A stretch of 64,000 bases of DNA, taken from positions 62,001 to 126,000 of the forward strand of contig KZ538004.1 in assembly GCA_000934665.2 (NCBI GenBank), given 5' to 3'. Below, in pieces: positions 22,741 through 35,983 of the stretch. How positions within the stretch are numbered: position 1 is the stretch's first letter; each line of letters starts with the position of its first letter. This stretch comes from Catajapyx aquilonaris (lineage: Eukaryota). The translations under genes were made by a program, and so were the position numbers. A model generated the notes under the pieces. The model searched no databases, had not been told where the DNA came from, and saw nothing but the letters and a program-made list of their open reading frames with translations.

Positions 22741-23761
22741 TATAAGTTTTGCGGGTACTATCAGTCTACCTGGTGATTATGCGTGAAAATCCCTTCACCC
22801 TGTATAACGCTATCCCATTTTTAACACCTTTATTTTTGCCAGTCTCTTGATCAGGCCCATAAGGGCCAATGGTAGATTTTCCCACTCACAACACTTTCCT
22901 GCCTATAACCCTCAATTTCCCTGGTCTATCCCACGTATAATGTCGAAAGGCCCATATTGGGTACAGCAGGGTTTGAAATTCACCTTGGCGGTTGGTTTGG
23001 GGAGAGAGAAGCCATCCCGGGCAGCTGGTGGACATGAGATGGGGTGGTGAGTGATGTGTCAATGGTCAGGAGGCTCTGCTGAGCTGATAGGCTTGCTGAG
23101 ACCCATGGGGGAAGTGCAGGGGGGGGGGGGGGNGGGGGCTGGAAAGCAGGCTGGCAGTATGGGAGCAATTATTAGCAATTGACAAGTGATGAATAACAGG
23201 GGTTTTATTTTCCATACACCTTGGAGGTATTAGGGCCAATGTGGGATGGTGTAAAGGCCCATTTACATCATCACTTTCCATGTAAGTAGGAGCAGTCAGC
23301 CAATCAGAAGTTCCCCGCTCCTAGGAAGTGTAGCAACAGGGAACATTCTGGTTGGCTGACCATTCCTACTTACGTTAGGAAAGTAATTGTGTTAACCATT
23401 TGCAGCATAGGGTTTGCAATGGCAAACACCCAGAAATATTTTTCCCCACCGTAACGGATGATGTTTGCAAAATAAAAACACCATGAATGTCTGCTACCTA
23501 CTTCCCTCTATACAGGGCCGGCGCTAGGGGTGTGCGACCAGTGCTACCGCACAGGGTGCAGATGTGTATGGGGCGCGAAAGAAGCGTGGTGAGCCCTTTC
23601 CAAATAATATAAAAATGTCGTTAAATTTTTCTTTCTTAATGGCGCACACAAGGCCCCGGCCCATTGTAATGGCGCACTCTTTGACGTCTGTGCAGGTTTT
23701 TCCCCTGGGTGTCCCTCGAGTCTGAAACTAGAGGACTTTCCTGTAACATGGTGGTAGTATT

Positions 23762-24023
23762 TTTTAATTTTTGAAATTTATTTTACCCCATTGGGAGAAT
23801 TGGCGCTCCATTAGGGGGATAGAATACCACCATTGGAAGGAGCCAAGGATAGGGAAGGAAGGAAGCGGCTGTGGCCTATTATACGGAAACAACCCCGGAA
23901 TTGTCCTGGGGGGACCGTGGAAAACCACAGAAAACCAAGGTCAGGAATGCTGGCCCCGGGATTCAAACCCAGGACCTCCCGATTAGCAGTCGGACACCTT
24001 AACCAGCACACCAACCTGCTTCA
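23762..24023 (-). mobile_element. SINE family 1, tail type A
   Basis: co-linear with 3720-3986; left boundary approximate. Confidence 0.85.
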
Positions 24024-24057
24024 GTATTTCATGGTTGCAATATATGTTTACCATATA

Positions 24058-24491
24058 CAGGGTGAAGGGAAACTCCCAGATAATCACCAGGTAGACTGAT
24101 AGTACTTGCAAAACTAATACAGGGATGTGCAATTAGTTTTGGGCTCTGTTGCGTAGTTAATGCGTACGGCGCCGTCAAAGTTTCGTGACGTCACATCCGT
24201 TCCGCCCGCTTCTGCAAAGTAAAAGTCAGCTCGAGGGGCTCCAGTCCCTTGCCTTGGTCCCTTAACACATCATCCATGTGCAATAGGTGATCAAATCTCA
24301 TCAGAGTAAGAATCCGGGTACGACAACTGTGCACTTTGTCGTTTTTGCCTCATATTACACCATCCGGCCCTCTACACTTTAAGGGCGCCGTACACAATGG
24401 AGCCAAAAACTAATTGCACATCCCTATAGTATTAGTTTTGCGAGTACTATCAGCCTACCTGGCGATTGTCCGTGAGTTTCCCTTCACCCTG
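24058..24491. mobile_element. CAGGGTGAAGGG MITE, uninterrupted copy
   Basis: long TIRs, TA TSD. Confidence 0.9.
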
Positions 24492-24951
24492 TATACATGT
24501 ATACAGTATGTAACCATATAGTAACTATACACTACAACAATGCAACAGGAAATTCCTATGGTTCCATACTTTGTGGGGCACCCTGTACATCGAAGCCTTC
24601 GATAAGTAATTGTGCCATTTTCTCATTCAGAACAGTTTATCAGTTCAGGGCAAAATGGAAACGGGCAGTAATTTGTTTTTGTAAAGCCAACAACTTGTAA
24701 TATTACAGGTGTTTCCATTTGGGTACATTATTGTGAGACAATAATGGCACAACAACGATTGTGCACAGATTCAGGTAGCCATGCTCTACGGCCTACAGGC
24801 AATGTTGCACTGTGCTGCTGAAAATTATTTTTTTAAAGTGTGCTACAGAGTCAAATAAATAGTTTGGGAGTGGTAATTTGTTACTGTTTTCAAAGATTCG
24901 CTCAATGTGCCATGGTGATGGCGAGATGAAAACACCTCATAACTACATAAG

Positions 24952-25325
24952 CAGGGAGCATATACTACATAAGAGGCGCAAACATTCGATTTTTGCGTCT
25001 CTCTGTTTATAGGCCGTCAAGGTCCGCGGGGGTCCGCCATCTTTGATGGTTTTGGCTGCCATGGCAATACATGGCAACAATAATTTACTTACCCATTCCA
25101 ATATCGAATTCAAATTCGCGCGTGTTCTTGCAGTGTAGTTGCCATGGCCGCCAAAACCATCAAAGATGGCAGACCTTATTTTTGCCTGTACCCTATTTAT
25201 ACCTCGTTGGCATACCACACACTTCAAAATGGCCGCCAGCCTTGGCAACGCCCTATAAACAGAGATACGCGAACATCAAAGGCGCCGACAGAAGTTTGCG
25301 CCTCTTATGTAGTATATGCTCCCTG
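24952..25325. mobile_element. MITE with 7-bp TSD (P-element-like)
   Basis: 32-bp perfect TIR CAGGGAGCATATACTACATAAGAGGCGCAAAC; TSD ACATAAG. Confidence 0.85.
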
Positions 25326-26568
25326 ACATAAGTATGTGAGGAATCACTTTGTTATATTTTTTTCTTGCCTAACTGATGCCCAGTGACCATGTCACATGAC
25401 TTTTCAAAGGGAAATATTAGCATCTAAGGAGGTGTCTCAAAGGGTTAACAGGCCTTAAGGAGGTGGGCCTTGTCGCCAAGAGTTGCACATGTGAACATTG
25501 TGAAGAGGTGGCTTGTGTAAACTATGATCCTGGTTGGTGACTCTTGTTTTGGGTTCTTCTGGGGATATTTTTGGGGTCTATGTAGTACGTGGGCAGGTTA
25601 GGTTAGCATTAGGTCAGGTCAGGTAAATGTGGTTTATAGGCATCTACCTGCATAGCAACACTGAAGGCATCCGTTTCCCTAAGTCAAGGGTCAATTAAAA
25701 TGCTTATTCCGCATACGACGAATTCCTGATTATAATGCTACTTTGGGTCAGTCCCTTGAAAAGCATTATACTGAGGTTTTACTGTATTTGGCTACTCAGG
25801 TGTTTTATCTGGTACCTAGATTTTTATATAACATCCTCACTAATGAGAGTAATGACACACCAAAGTTGGCATGGCTTGCTGCACACTGGCACAGTACAGC
25901 CACTTCCACCATTGAAAGTCCAATTGATTTATCTATCAGGTACCTAGATCTGGATTTAAAACCCATGTTAGATTGGAATCCTGTATCTGACTTGAATTCC
26001 ATTTCAGATCCAGGTACCCATTGGGATTCAGATCCAGATTTGAATCTGCTAACACTAGAACATATTGTGCCTGTAGTCAGTTTTGGGTACAAGTTATTTC
26101 CCCATGCCGCATGTGGAAAGTAAAGTAAGAGAAGGGATACATTTTAGTTGTTAGCATGCATTTAAACATGTCCATCCCAATATGCCCTTTTTAAACACAT
26201 TGCATATGAATATCTCACAGCCCTGACATCACATGCAATATGCATACTTGGTTTTTCCATTTATGCAGGATGAGAGTGTTATTTTCAAAATCCCATGATT
26301 TTGTTCTCCATGGTGTTCCTGCCTTAAAATTTTGGTTGTAAGCGTGTGCATTTTCTTCTCCTTATCCGGTATACTTGATGTGATTACCAATGGCATAGGT
26401 TTCATTGAGGGTCTCCATTTACTGTTTTGTACCATTTGTGTGTTAGTAGCACAATCATCTGTGCACTAACACGATTTTAAAACATTTTTAAAGCTGGTTT
26501 ATGCCAGCAGAATAATTTTTTACATTTACAGTTGATGTGCCACAGTTTTTAAAAAATGTCTAACAATA

Positions 26569-26757
26569 CAGGGTGTTTCAGAGTCATGGGTCAAGCGCAT
26601 GCGAGGGGGTGGGGAAAAATCGGAGTTGGCGACAACCCCGGTCAGTTTTATAAAACAAGTAGAAATACGGCCGTATTTATTTATTTATTATGGCCGTGCG
26701 GCGTGACGTCACATCCTTTCTGTTCGAATTGACTGGCGCGGACTGGCAGGTGCAGTA

Positions 26758-26817
<60 letters not shown>

Positions 26818-27300
26818 TCTTACCCCGTTATCATCCTTTTTCGGCTCTTTAGGGGGGATTTTTTGTTTTGTCTGGAACTCTTGCTTACATGTTTACTTTT
26901 TGGGATGGGATAGGGGAGGAAGGAGGCGGCTGTGGCCTTTTTAATTAGGAAGCAACCCCGGAATTCTCCTGGAGGGACCATGGGAAACCACAGAAAACCA
27001 CGGTTAGAGTTGCCGGCCCCGGGGCTCGAACCCAGGACCTCCCGATTAGCAGTCAGACCCTATAGCCACTCCACCAACCCTGCTTCGGTGCAGGTGCAGT
27101 AGTAAAAAACCGTTAAACCAGGTTCAACCCACTGCACCTGCCAGTCCGTGCCAGTCAATTCGAACAGAAAGGATGTGTAATAAAATAATTGATTACTGCC
27201 GTATTTCTAATTGTTTTATAAAACCGACCAGGGTTGTCGCCACCTACGATTTTTCCCCACCCCCTCATGCATGCTTGACCCGTGACTCTGAAACACCCCG
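26569..27300. mobile_element. Palindromic Tc1/mariner-type MITE with a central SINE insertion
   Basis: C(A/G)GGGTGTTTCAGAGTCA TIRs, TA TSD, long inverted arms. Confidence 0.85.
26762..27089 (-). mobile_element. SINE family 1, tail type B
   Basis: 16-bp TSD GCAGGTGCAGTAGTAA, (ATT)n tail. Confidence 0.9.
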
Positions 27301-27542
27301 TATTAACATTGGTACTCAAAGATGAGCACCATTCATTTATTTCTTTTCCATTTGTGAGCACTTGTAACACATACTGCTCCATTCCATTCAACATCCATTT
27401 GTTAACCATGCCATTCACTTCGTTCCCTTCATTTCATACCGTTCAATTTCATTTGTGTCAATTTCACTTACACTAATTCACCATTAATTTCCTGTTTGCA
27501 GTATTTGTCTCATTTTGCAATTAAATTCAAGTCTGAATTTAA

Positions 27543-28424
27543 CCCTGTACCGCGCATTGTGTCTTGAGGGCGACAGTTAATTTGCACAGGCGCCATAAGC
27601 TTCCAAAGTTGGTCCTGGAAACCACAGTGAGGCTTGATGTCACAGTTAGTTTGTTAACTTCCGCTAGATGACAAGCAATGCCAACAAATGACACGGTCAG
27701 GATACGATATGAAGCGGAGAAGCCAAGGTCATTGAAAATGGCGCGAAATTTGAATTTGCTGAAGCAGCAATTGTTTCTAGAGCTGATTAGATATAGGTGC
27801 AGATATTAAATATCCAATTACATGTGTAAACTGCAAAGAGGAGCTCTGTCGTCGCCGTTTGCGGCCATTCTAATTTTGTCAGCACAATTTCATCACAATT
27901 TTATGGCGGCGCAGGCACAATATTGTTTGAGGATTGAGTCCCAGGTCATTGTGCGTATTTTTATTCAAAAATGGTAACATGTACAGATTTGACCACTACT
28001 ACGTATTTAAGGTCCAGCGATTACAATTTGGACTGGAATATAGATGGGCCCAGAGATCTCAAGGGGAGCCGGTTAATGAAAGAGGATCATGACCCCCACC
28101 CTGAGCTGCATGCAACGGTGGAATGGTGGGGGTTATGGTCACTTTTAGTTTTCTGGCTCCCCTTGCGATATGGATGCCATCTATATATCAGATCAAATTG
28201 TAATCGCCGGACCTTCAAAACTTAGCAAAGGTCATCTCTGTATGTGTTACCGTTTTTGAATAAAAAAATACTCGCCATGACTTTTGATTCAGCCCATGTA
28301 ACTTCAAAGTCATTGGGTCAGGGATGACCAAAACATAATAAAAACCATCCTTACGTCGACTATGATGAGAAAAAGGCGTTAGATTTTTTTTCTTCCCGAA
28401 ATCCTAAATGTGTGCAGTACAGGG
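27543..28424. mobile_element. piggyBac-like non-autonomous element, copy 1
   Basis: TTAA TSD, CCCTGTAC termini, internal palindrome; inverted copy at 32108-32988. Confidence 0.88.
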
Positions 28425-29170
28425 TTAATATAAGCCATTGCTGAACCCATTTGTTTCTTGTCATTTTCCAGTCATCCTGGGCAGTTCATGTCCATTCACT
28501 TGCCAATCATCAGTATGTCAATTTACTGTTCACTTTCCTATTAATCCCATTCTTTGCCACCCATTTCCATATACCTCCATTTATCACTCACTTGTATTAT
28601 CTCCCATTCCATTCATTTCAATCCACTACAATGATTTCATAAATTATTGCCATTCCAAATTGAATGATGCTCATCGTTATACAACAGTTTCCGCAAATGA
28701 TTTAAAAAGATGGCGAAAAAAAACATCAAGGCTGCTAGCAGTCCAAGCTTTGATGAATCAATATGCATGACAGTTCCATGTGCTCCTACTGGATCTCCTG
28801 TAGAACACTGAGTGAACCATGCCTGGAGGGTCATTGTCATGTTATCACGTGGTATTAAGTTGCACCCACACTCTAATTATTTTTCTAATTCCTAATTATT
28901 CCTAATGTAGAAATATACAGTAGAATGCTATATGAAACAGGTCTAAAAATAAACATTGAATGTAGGGGAGAGAAAGCAAGAAGGAGGAAAAATTAACCAA
29001 CTCTGCATCTACTGTCATAAAAAGTCCAGGTGGATACCAAGTTACAAGGGCCATACTTTGGATGGACAATGATAATGGCTAGAACTTGTCCCAAACTGTC
29101 ATATTCTTGCTGTTTAATCATGGAACTACAAATTGTCCTAACTAGATGATGTACAGCCAACTAAACATAT

Positions 29171-29967
29171 ATTAGATCAAAAACTTTCCCTTCAGTAAAA
29201 AAAAGAGAAGTAAGACCTCCGCGGCGGAATAAAAGTACTGAAACAAGGCAGGCGCACATAAGACCTTCACCAATTGATTTAAGCTGTACCATAGGTCTTA
29301 CTCAAGCAATTTCCAATTTACTACTCATGAAATCTCCTTTCTGAAAACAAATTTGTGGAATTTCTGTCGTACTACTAGTTACTTCTAACTTAGCAGTACC
29401 AGTGTAGTGCAATGGTACTGCTAAGTTAATAGTAACTACAGACCTATAGTTAATAGTAGTACGACGAAAATTCCGCCCATTAATTTTCCATGAGCCACTC
29501 CATATTAGTGTTTTATGAAATTAGGAACTTCAATATTAAGCACATTGAATTTCTATGCGATTAGTGAGAATTATTGCCATGAAACATTCATGCACAATCG
29601 TCACCTCTTTTAGATGCTGATTTTAACTCTAACGTTTAATTTTTCACATATACGTAGACTAAACGTTAATTGGTGAATTTGAGAGGGTCTTTTTCGATTG
29701 GTTCGATCTGTTAGAATGGGTTTAGTTTTTCCCCCATTTTTTTTCTTTTCATAATAAAATACTACCTATACTGCTCTGAGTAGTTTGCAGCAGTCGTTTT
29801 ACGAGCCGTTCCATACCGTACTTGAGAATTGCTTGAGTAAGACCTATGGTACAGCTTAAATCAATTGGTGAAGGTCTTACGTGCGCCTGCCTTGTTTCAG
29901 TACTTTTATTCCGCCGCGGAGGTCTTACTTCTCTTTTTTTTACTGAAGGGAAAGTTTTTGATCTAAT
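29171..29967. repeat. Near-perfect inverted repeat of about 140 bp (29171-29311 vs 29828-29967)
   Basis: arms read as reverse complements with very few differences; related diverged copy at about 57560-57800. Confidence 0.9.
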
Positions 29968-31779
29968 TTCAGTTCTTTTTTGACAGTACGCATAACTTAT
30001 GCTCTACACTATACAGTCTTCACTATGAATGCATTGGAGACGATTTTCGTCGCTTAGAAGTCCCTAAAATTATTTTCACAGAGATAGTCGTAAAAAAACG
30101 AAAGTCGAGTGCTACCAGCCAACGGTTAGTCTGATTTAATTATTATGAAATAGCCTATACGCTAAAATATACGGAATATATACATTGAGAACTGTACCAG
30201 ACGAATTTTCTGAAATCGTGGTACTTTGCAACAATTCAATCAATACTTATCTGCGGCTTGCCTCCGTCACATCTGAAAACTCCCAACCGTACTTAATTTT
30301 CGCGAAATGCGACGATTTCAGCAAATCAGTTCGTCTGGCACGTTATAATAAAATACGCAAGTACATGTCTGCAAAACCTGCGTAACGAACGGACAGTATG
30401 TCTGTGTATATGCCCAGGACATGTATCCGCTTTTCCAATTCCCGGACCCGCGGAAACCAAAACTAGACAACTGTCACTAATGTCACTTACAACATTATTC
30501 GGGGCAACCCTTCAATTATCTACATTGAGAACCATACCAGACGAATTTACTGAAATCGTGGAACTTTCCAAGAATTAAATCAATACTATATGATTGTGTG
30601 GCTTGCCTCTGTCACATCTGAAAACTCTCAAACTACTTATTTCATTTTCGCGAAATGCAACGATTGCAGCAAATATTAGTCTGGCACATTTCTCAAGGTA
30701 GATATTCCGCATACTGTAACATAATTTCATAATTAAATTAGCTTAAGAGTTGACCGATATTACCTGGTGATGGCGATATAGCAGGGAGCGAACGGGGTTA
30801 ATAGTAGGCCCTACAGTTGAATCCGGATACAACAAACTTCAAGAGACTGCGGAAAAAGTCTGTTATAACCGAGGTCTGTTATAGCCGAATCGTCACGCAA
30901 CGAAAACATAAATTTCTGCTTTCAATGTGGCTGTACTATGCACTACTAGACTACATACCGATTAATGAAATCTGTCACAAATGCAATATTGATGGCTCAC
31001 CCGAAAATTATGCAGGACCAAGATATCCGAAATTTCCTTCTGCCGTCTCCCTTTTGCAAATTGTATACCTGTAAACCAATATTTTCCCACCGAGGGTCCA
31101 AGAAATGGTCCGTTATACCCGAGGTGAGGTGAAAATGAGTCTGTTATATCAGGAGTGAAAATCCACAGTGCCTAATGGAAGCATGCCGGGACAGCCTTTA
31201 TAACCAAGTATGTTATAGCCGAGGCTGTTATATCCGGATTCAACTGTAAATCTGTAATACGTGCAATGCGTTCACACCAGCGCAGCGGCAGGGTAACATT
31301 TGGCTAATAACAATATGGCGAGGTGGTAAATAAGTATTGACGTTTCTAGGTGATGGCATTATGAACAAATGAAGTAATGACAGAAAAAATAAGAGGTAAA
31401 AAAATCACAGCTCCAATCCTGCAGCAGTGGGAACTGCGAGATTTTGAACATAGATCCGCACCATCCCACTGCACCTTCGGCCCTTTGGCGAAGAAACCGA
31501 ATTCCGAATAGTTATTGAGCAAAAAAACTGAGACGTGTTTTTTGGTGGTTTTAAATTTTTTGCGGCGTTTTGAAGAGGAATTAAGTAAAAGTGTAAATGG
31601 TAGGAAATCAAGTCACAACGGTGGGGATCTGTGTTCAAAATTTGGAAGCTCTACCTACAGCAGAACTTGAGTTAGGGCGAATTAAAAAAACGTAACAAGA
31701 ACAAGTAGGAAAAATTCATTGTTGAAACATTGTTGAAATCTATGCTACGGTCTTACTTAAGGGCTATCGCCCTTAAAAT
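29740..31779 (-). mobile_element. Helentron/DINE-1-like non-autonomous element (left boundary approximate)
   Basis: minus strand starts TTTT + AAGGGCGATAGCCCTT hairpin + AGTAAGACC subTIR, with a matching GGTCTTACT repeat near the other end; internal direct repeat of about 160 bp (30182-30345 / 30522-30690). Confidence 0.5.
30814..31246. mobile_element. Tigger/pogo-like MITE
   Basis: TA-CAGTTGAATCCGGATA TIRs; GTTATA subterminal repeats. Confidence 0.85.
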
Positions 31780-31780
31780 A

Positions 31781-33109
31781 CAGGGTGAAGGGAAATTCGC
31801 GCCCAGTCGCCCGGTAGACTTATAGTACTCGTAAAACTAATCTAGGGATGTGCAATTAGTTTTGGGTGCTGTTGCATAGTTAATGCGTACAGTGCCGTCA
31901 AAGTTTTGTGACGTCACATCCTTTCTGCCAGCTGTAAAGAAGCTAAAGCCAGCTCGAGGGCCTCCAAACAATCCAGCCTTGGGTTCGTAACACATCGTCC
32001 ATGTGCAATAGGTGATCAAATCCCGTCAGACTAAGAATCTGAGTACGACACCCATGCACTTTGTCATTTTCACCTCATACTTTACCACCTGGCCCTCTAT
32101 ACTTTAACCCTGTACTGCACACATTTAGGATTGTGGGAAGAAAAAAATTCTAACGCCTTTTTCTCATCATATGCGACGTAAGGATGGTTTTTATTATATT
32201 TTGATCATCTCTGACCCAATGACTTTGAAGTTACACCGGGTGAGTCAAAAGTCATGGCGAGTATTTTTTTATTCAAAAATGGTAACACATACAGAGATGA
32301 CCTTTGCTAAGTTTTGAAGGTCCGGCGATCACAATTTCATCTGATAAATAGATGGCATCCATATCGCAAAGGGGACCAGAAAACTAAAGGCGATCATAAC
32401 CCCCACCCTTCCACCGTCTCATGCAGCTCGGGGTGGGGGGTCACGATCCCCTTTCGTTTACCGGCTCCCCTTGAGATCTCGGGGCCATCTATTTATCAGA
32501 TGAAATTGTCATCGCCGGACCTTAAAAACGTAGTAATGGTCATATCTGTAAATGTTTCCGTTTTTGAATAAAAATAGTACAATGACTTGGGACTCAAGCC
32601 TCAAGCAATATTGCGCCTGCGCCGCCAAAAAATTGTGATGAAATTGTGCTGGCAAAATTAGAATGGCCTCAAATGGCGACGAGAGAGCTACTCTTGCAGT
32701 GTTACACATGCAATTCGATATTTAATATCTGCACCTATATCTAATCAGCTCCAGAAACAATGGCTGCTTCAGCAAATTCAAATTTCGCGCCATTTTCAAC
32801 GACCTTGGCTCCTCTCCGCTTCATACCTTATCCCGATCGTAACATTGTCGACATTGCATGTCATCTAGCGGAAGCTAAGAAACTAATTGTGACATCAAGC
32901 CACACTGTGGTTTCCAGGACCAATGTTGAAGCTTATGGCGCCTGCGCAAATTAATTGTTGCCCTCAGGCAACAATGCCCGCTACAGGGTTAAAGGCGCTG
33001 TACACATTAACTACGCACCAGTGCCCAAAACTAATTGCCAATCCCTATATTCGATTTCTGAGTACTATCAGTCTACCAGGCGATTGGGCGTGAGTTTCCC
33101 TTCACCCTG
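31781..33109. mobile_element. CAGGGTGAAGGG MITE interrupted by the piggyBac-like element
   Basis: TIRs plus TA; removing 32108-32992 restores the 24058-24491 structure. Confidence 0.88.
32108..32988. mobile_element. piggyBac-like non-autonomous element, copy 2
   Basis: TTAA TSD; empty TTAA site visible in the sibling MITE at about 24379. Confidence 0.9.
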
Positions 33110-33122
33110 TATATGACATTTA

Positions 33123-33851
33123 CAGACTACTGAATCAAAAAAGAATGCACTTATTTAAAAACCCTATAACTCAAAAACCTGTAGATATATCTTAATGATT
33201 TAAGTGTTGAAATGCTAAGAAAGATCTAAAGTTTTGGTCTCACTTTAGTTTGTTTCAATATGAGCTTTATTTGTGGCTCGGCAGATTTTAAAAGGCAGTA
33301 TTCGCCCTCGTGCCAAACCCTCTTAATCATATCTGTAGTTACCGTTGCAATCCTATCCCGTATGTGCTGGAGGTGATTGGTCTTTACACCACACACATTG
33401 TTCTTGATGATGCACACAAAAAGTCGCCTCATCCATGAAACAAACCTGAAGTAAGAAAGTTTCATTTTTTCAGCGTCCCAGTGTGTGAAGTCTTGAATGA
33501 GAGTTTCCCAATGCCTAACCCTCTCAAAAGCCCAGATCTTACACCCATAATACCCCGATTGACTTTTTTTTTGTGGCGACACATGCATGGTGAAAAGATT
33601 CGGCATCTCCAGCACCTACGGGAAAAGATTGCAAACGTAACGCCAGACATGTCTGACCTGTTAGGCACAACACCAATTACCGTATTTGCATTTTTCGAGC
33701 GACAAATGGAGGTCATATCGAAACAAACTATGGTAAGACCAAAACGTTGGACCTTTCTTAGCAATTCAAAACTTAAATCATATAGATATGTCTACAAGTT
33801 TTCGAGTTATAGGATTTTAAAATCTGCTAATTCTTTTTCGATGACCCTCTG
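33123..33851. mobile_element. Tc1/IS630-derived fold-back remnant (two transposase C-terminal ends)
   Basis: SPDLTP...FFLW...LREKIANVTPDM on +, and IRDRIATVTTDMIKRVW on -; decayed inverted termini. Confidence 0.7.
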
Positions 33852-35722
33852 CATTCAGAAGGTCAGCCATTTCGTCCCTACATTTCAGCAGACATTGACT
33901 TAAACATAAGCCTCTTGAGATAATATATTCTGTTGCAAAAGCATGATTTGATGTGTGCAGTCAGCTTTTACCCAAGCAGTGCAGTGGTTAAATTTTGGAA
34001 CAGCTGGTGGGAGGTCTCTCTCGTCTCAACATGGCAGCCTGAGGAAATTGGGGAGGCAGGGGACATGACAGCCTCATTTGTAGAAGAAAAAAACAACAAC
34101 TAAAAACTAAAAGCAACCTGATTCAAGGAATAATGCTGATCTTGTGTACCTTTGCCTTTCCAAGGAAGAATGCAATGTGAAAGAAACATGGTGCCATGTC
34201 TTTTTTTATTTGATAATATTTGTATTTTTGACATGCAAAGTTATTGTTAGTATGTAAAACACACTATCTGTTGATAGAAGAGTTTTTTATTCATTAAAAA
34301 AAATTATTTCAAAAGTGATTAAGTCCTTTTGAGCTTTGAGCTTTTGAGCCTTTGGATCTTATGGCTGATACAGTGTGATCCTATTTAAATGTCTTGATTA
34401 GTTTTTAAAATTTTGGCATTAGCTGCTTGTTTTAAGTAACAGCTTGTTGGGGGCTAACCAAAATATTAGTTACTCACATTAGATTGTTTTGATGCATCCA
34501 TTTTCTTTCTGAATTACAATGATTGATGAGTTTAAGACATTGAGAATGTTCCATGTGGGACATTAGCATCTGAGGTCAAGTGTTGAACCCATGTTTTACA
34601 AGCTAACCACCACTACCCCCTGTCAGTGCAGTTATATGAATCTAGACTTAACCTGGTCAGAATTTGAGTCATTGTAACTACATAATAATAGGAAATTACA
34701 AGTTTCAAGCTCAGAATCAGATGTCAACAATTGCAAAAAGTGATTGAACATTTTTTTTGGTCCATTAATGCCATAATAGGCATGTCCAGGGGGTTTGTGG
34801 GGTCTCCAGTGTAGTATGCACTGCAAAATCATAATGTGTCAAGCATTATTGGGGTAGGGGGGAGAGGGTGGAGGGGGCACACATCACTGATTTGTGCCAT
34901 AGGGTTGGTGCACCAACTTAATCCAGGTAAATCTGGCCAAAATTTTATGTTTTGGAATATATGAAGACCTCAGGGGAAGAACGATCAAGGTCCACCTCAA
35001 GTGTAACTGAGATATTCCAATTTTAAATTTCCAAATCCCATAAGGTTCCATTGTAAATCCCACTTTTGGGGCCTTCCATTGGGACCTGTGATCATTACTC
35101 CACAACCATGACCAAACAATCATATTCTAGGCTAGTGAAAGCATCTTCTAAGATAATAATATGTAACTCACTTTTAACAAAAAGTCGACCTTTACCAAAG
35201 TGGACCACATCAGCTGCCTCTCCGCAACATTCACATGTGAAATTATTCGTGGCAAGGCCCACCTCCTTACACCATCCCACAATGGCCCTCATGCCACCAA
35301 GGTGTATGAAAAAAATGCCCTGTTATTCATCGCTTGTTGTCAATAGCTCATTTCTCCCATACTCCCAGCCTGAAAGATGCTGCCATACCGGTACTGCTAG
35401 GCTGNNNNNNNNNNNNCCCCCCCCCCCCCCTCTCTCTCTCTCTCCATGAGGTGAGATTCCGGAACACACACACCACCGCCTCATTGGCTGCGGCTACGGC
35501 TGGCCGCGGCCTCCGATTGATTCACTATCATGCTGAATAGGGTTGGCCATCCACACCCGTACTTTGACCTACTCTCCTAGGCGTGTATCTGCTGAAGATA
35601 TGGCTGTGTACGCTGAAGATAAGGCTGTATCCGCAGGGAAGGAAGGTTAGGTTAGGTTGGTACAGTACATGGTACTCCTACCCCTGCCACACAAAGCAGT
35701 GAAAATTAATATTCCAGTACTA

Positions 35723-35983
35723 GGGGCGACACGGTGGCGGCGTGGTTAGCGCCACAGCCTTCCACCTCTAAGGTCCCGAGTTCGATCCCCGGGTCGCGCA
35801 AAGGATGCTTATGTGGATAGAGTTTTGATGGGTTCTCTCCGTGTTCGCGTGGGTTTTCTCAGGGTTCTCCCATTTCCTCCCGCAATCAAAATCCATCACA
35901 CGCAGGCAATGATTAAAGACGGTTCACGAAAAGATGATCCCCTAAGAGGCCCAAGGGGCCTATCACAAGGGTATCCATTATTT
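35723..35983 (+). mobile_element. tRNA-derived SINE with a V-like domain
   Basis: A/B boxes; TTCTCTCCGTGTTCGCGTGGGTTTTCTC...TTTCCTCCC core; 14-bp TSD ATATTCCAGTACTA. Confidence 0.85.

Larger units (their letters stand above)
21198..22802. mobile_element. Tc1/mariner-type MITE (CAGGGTGAAGGG family) hosting three nested insertions
   Basis: TIRs and interior match the uninterrupted copy at 24058-24491. Confidence 0.85.

Noticed and set aside
25735..26123. Overlapping ORFs with DxD/SGS repeats
   Set aside because: Degenerate GATC(T/C)GGA-type repeats with no splice or homology support
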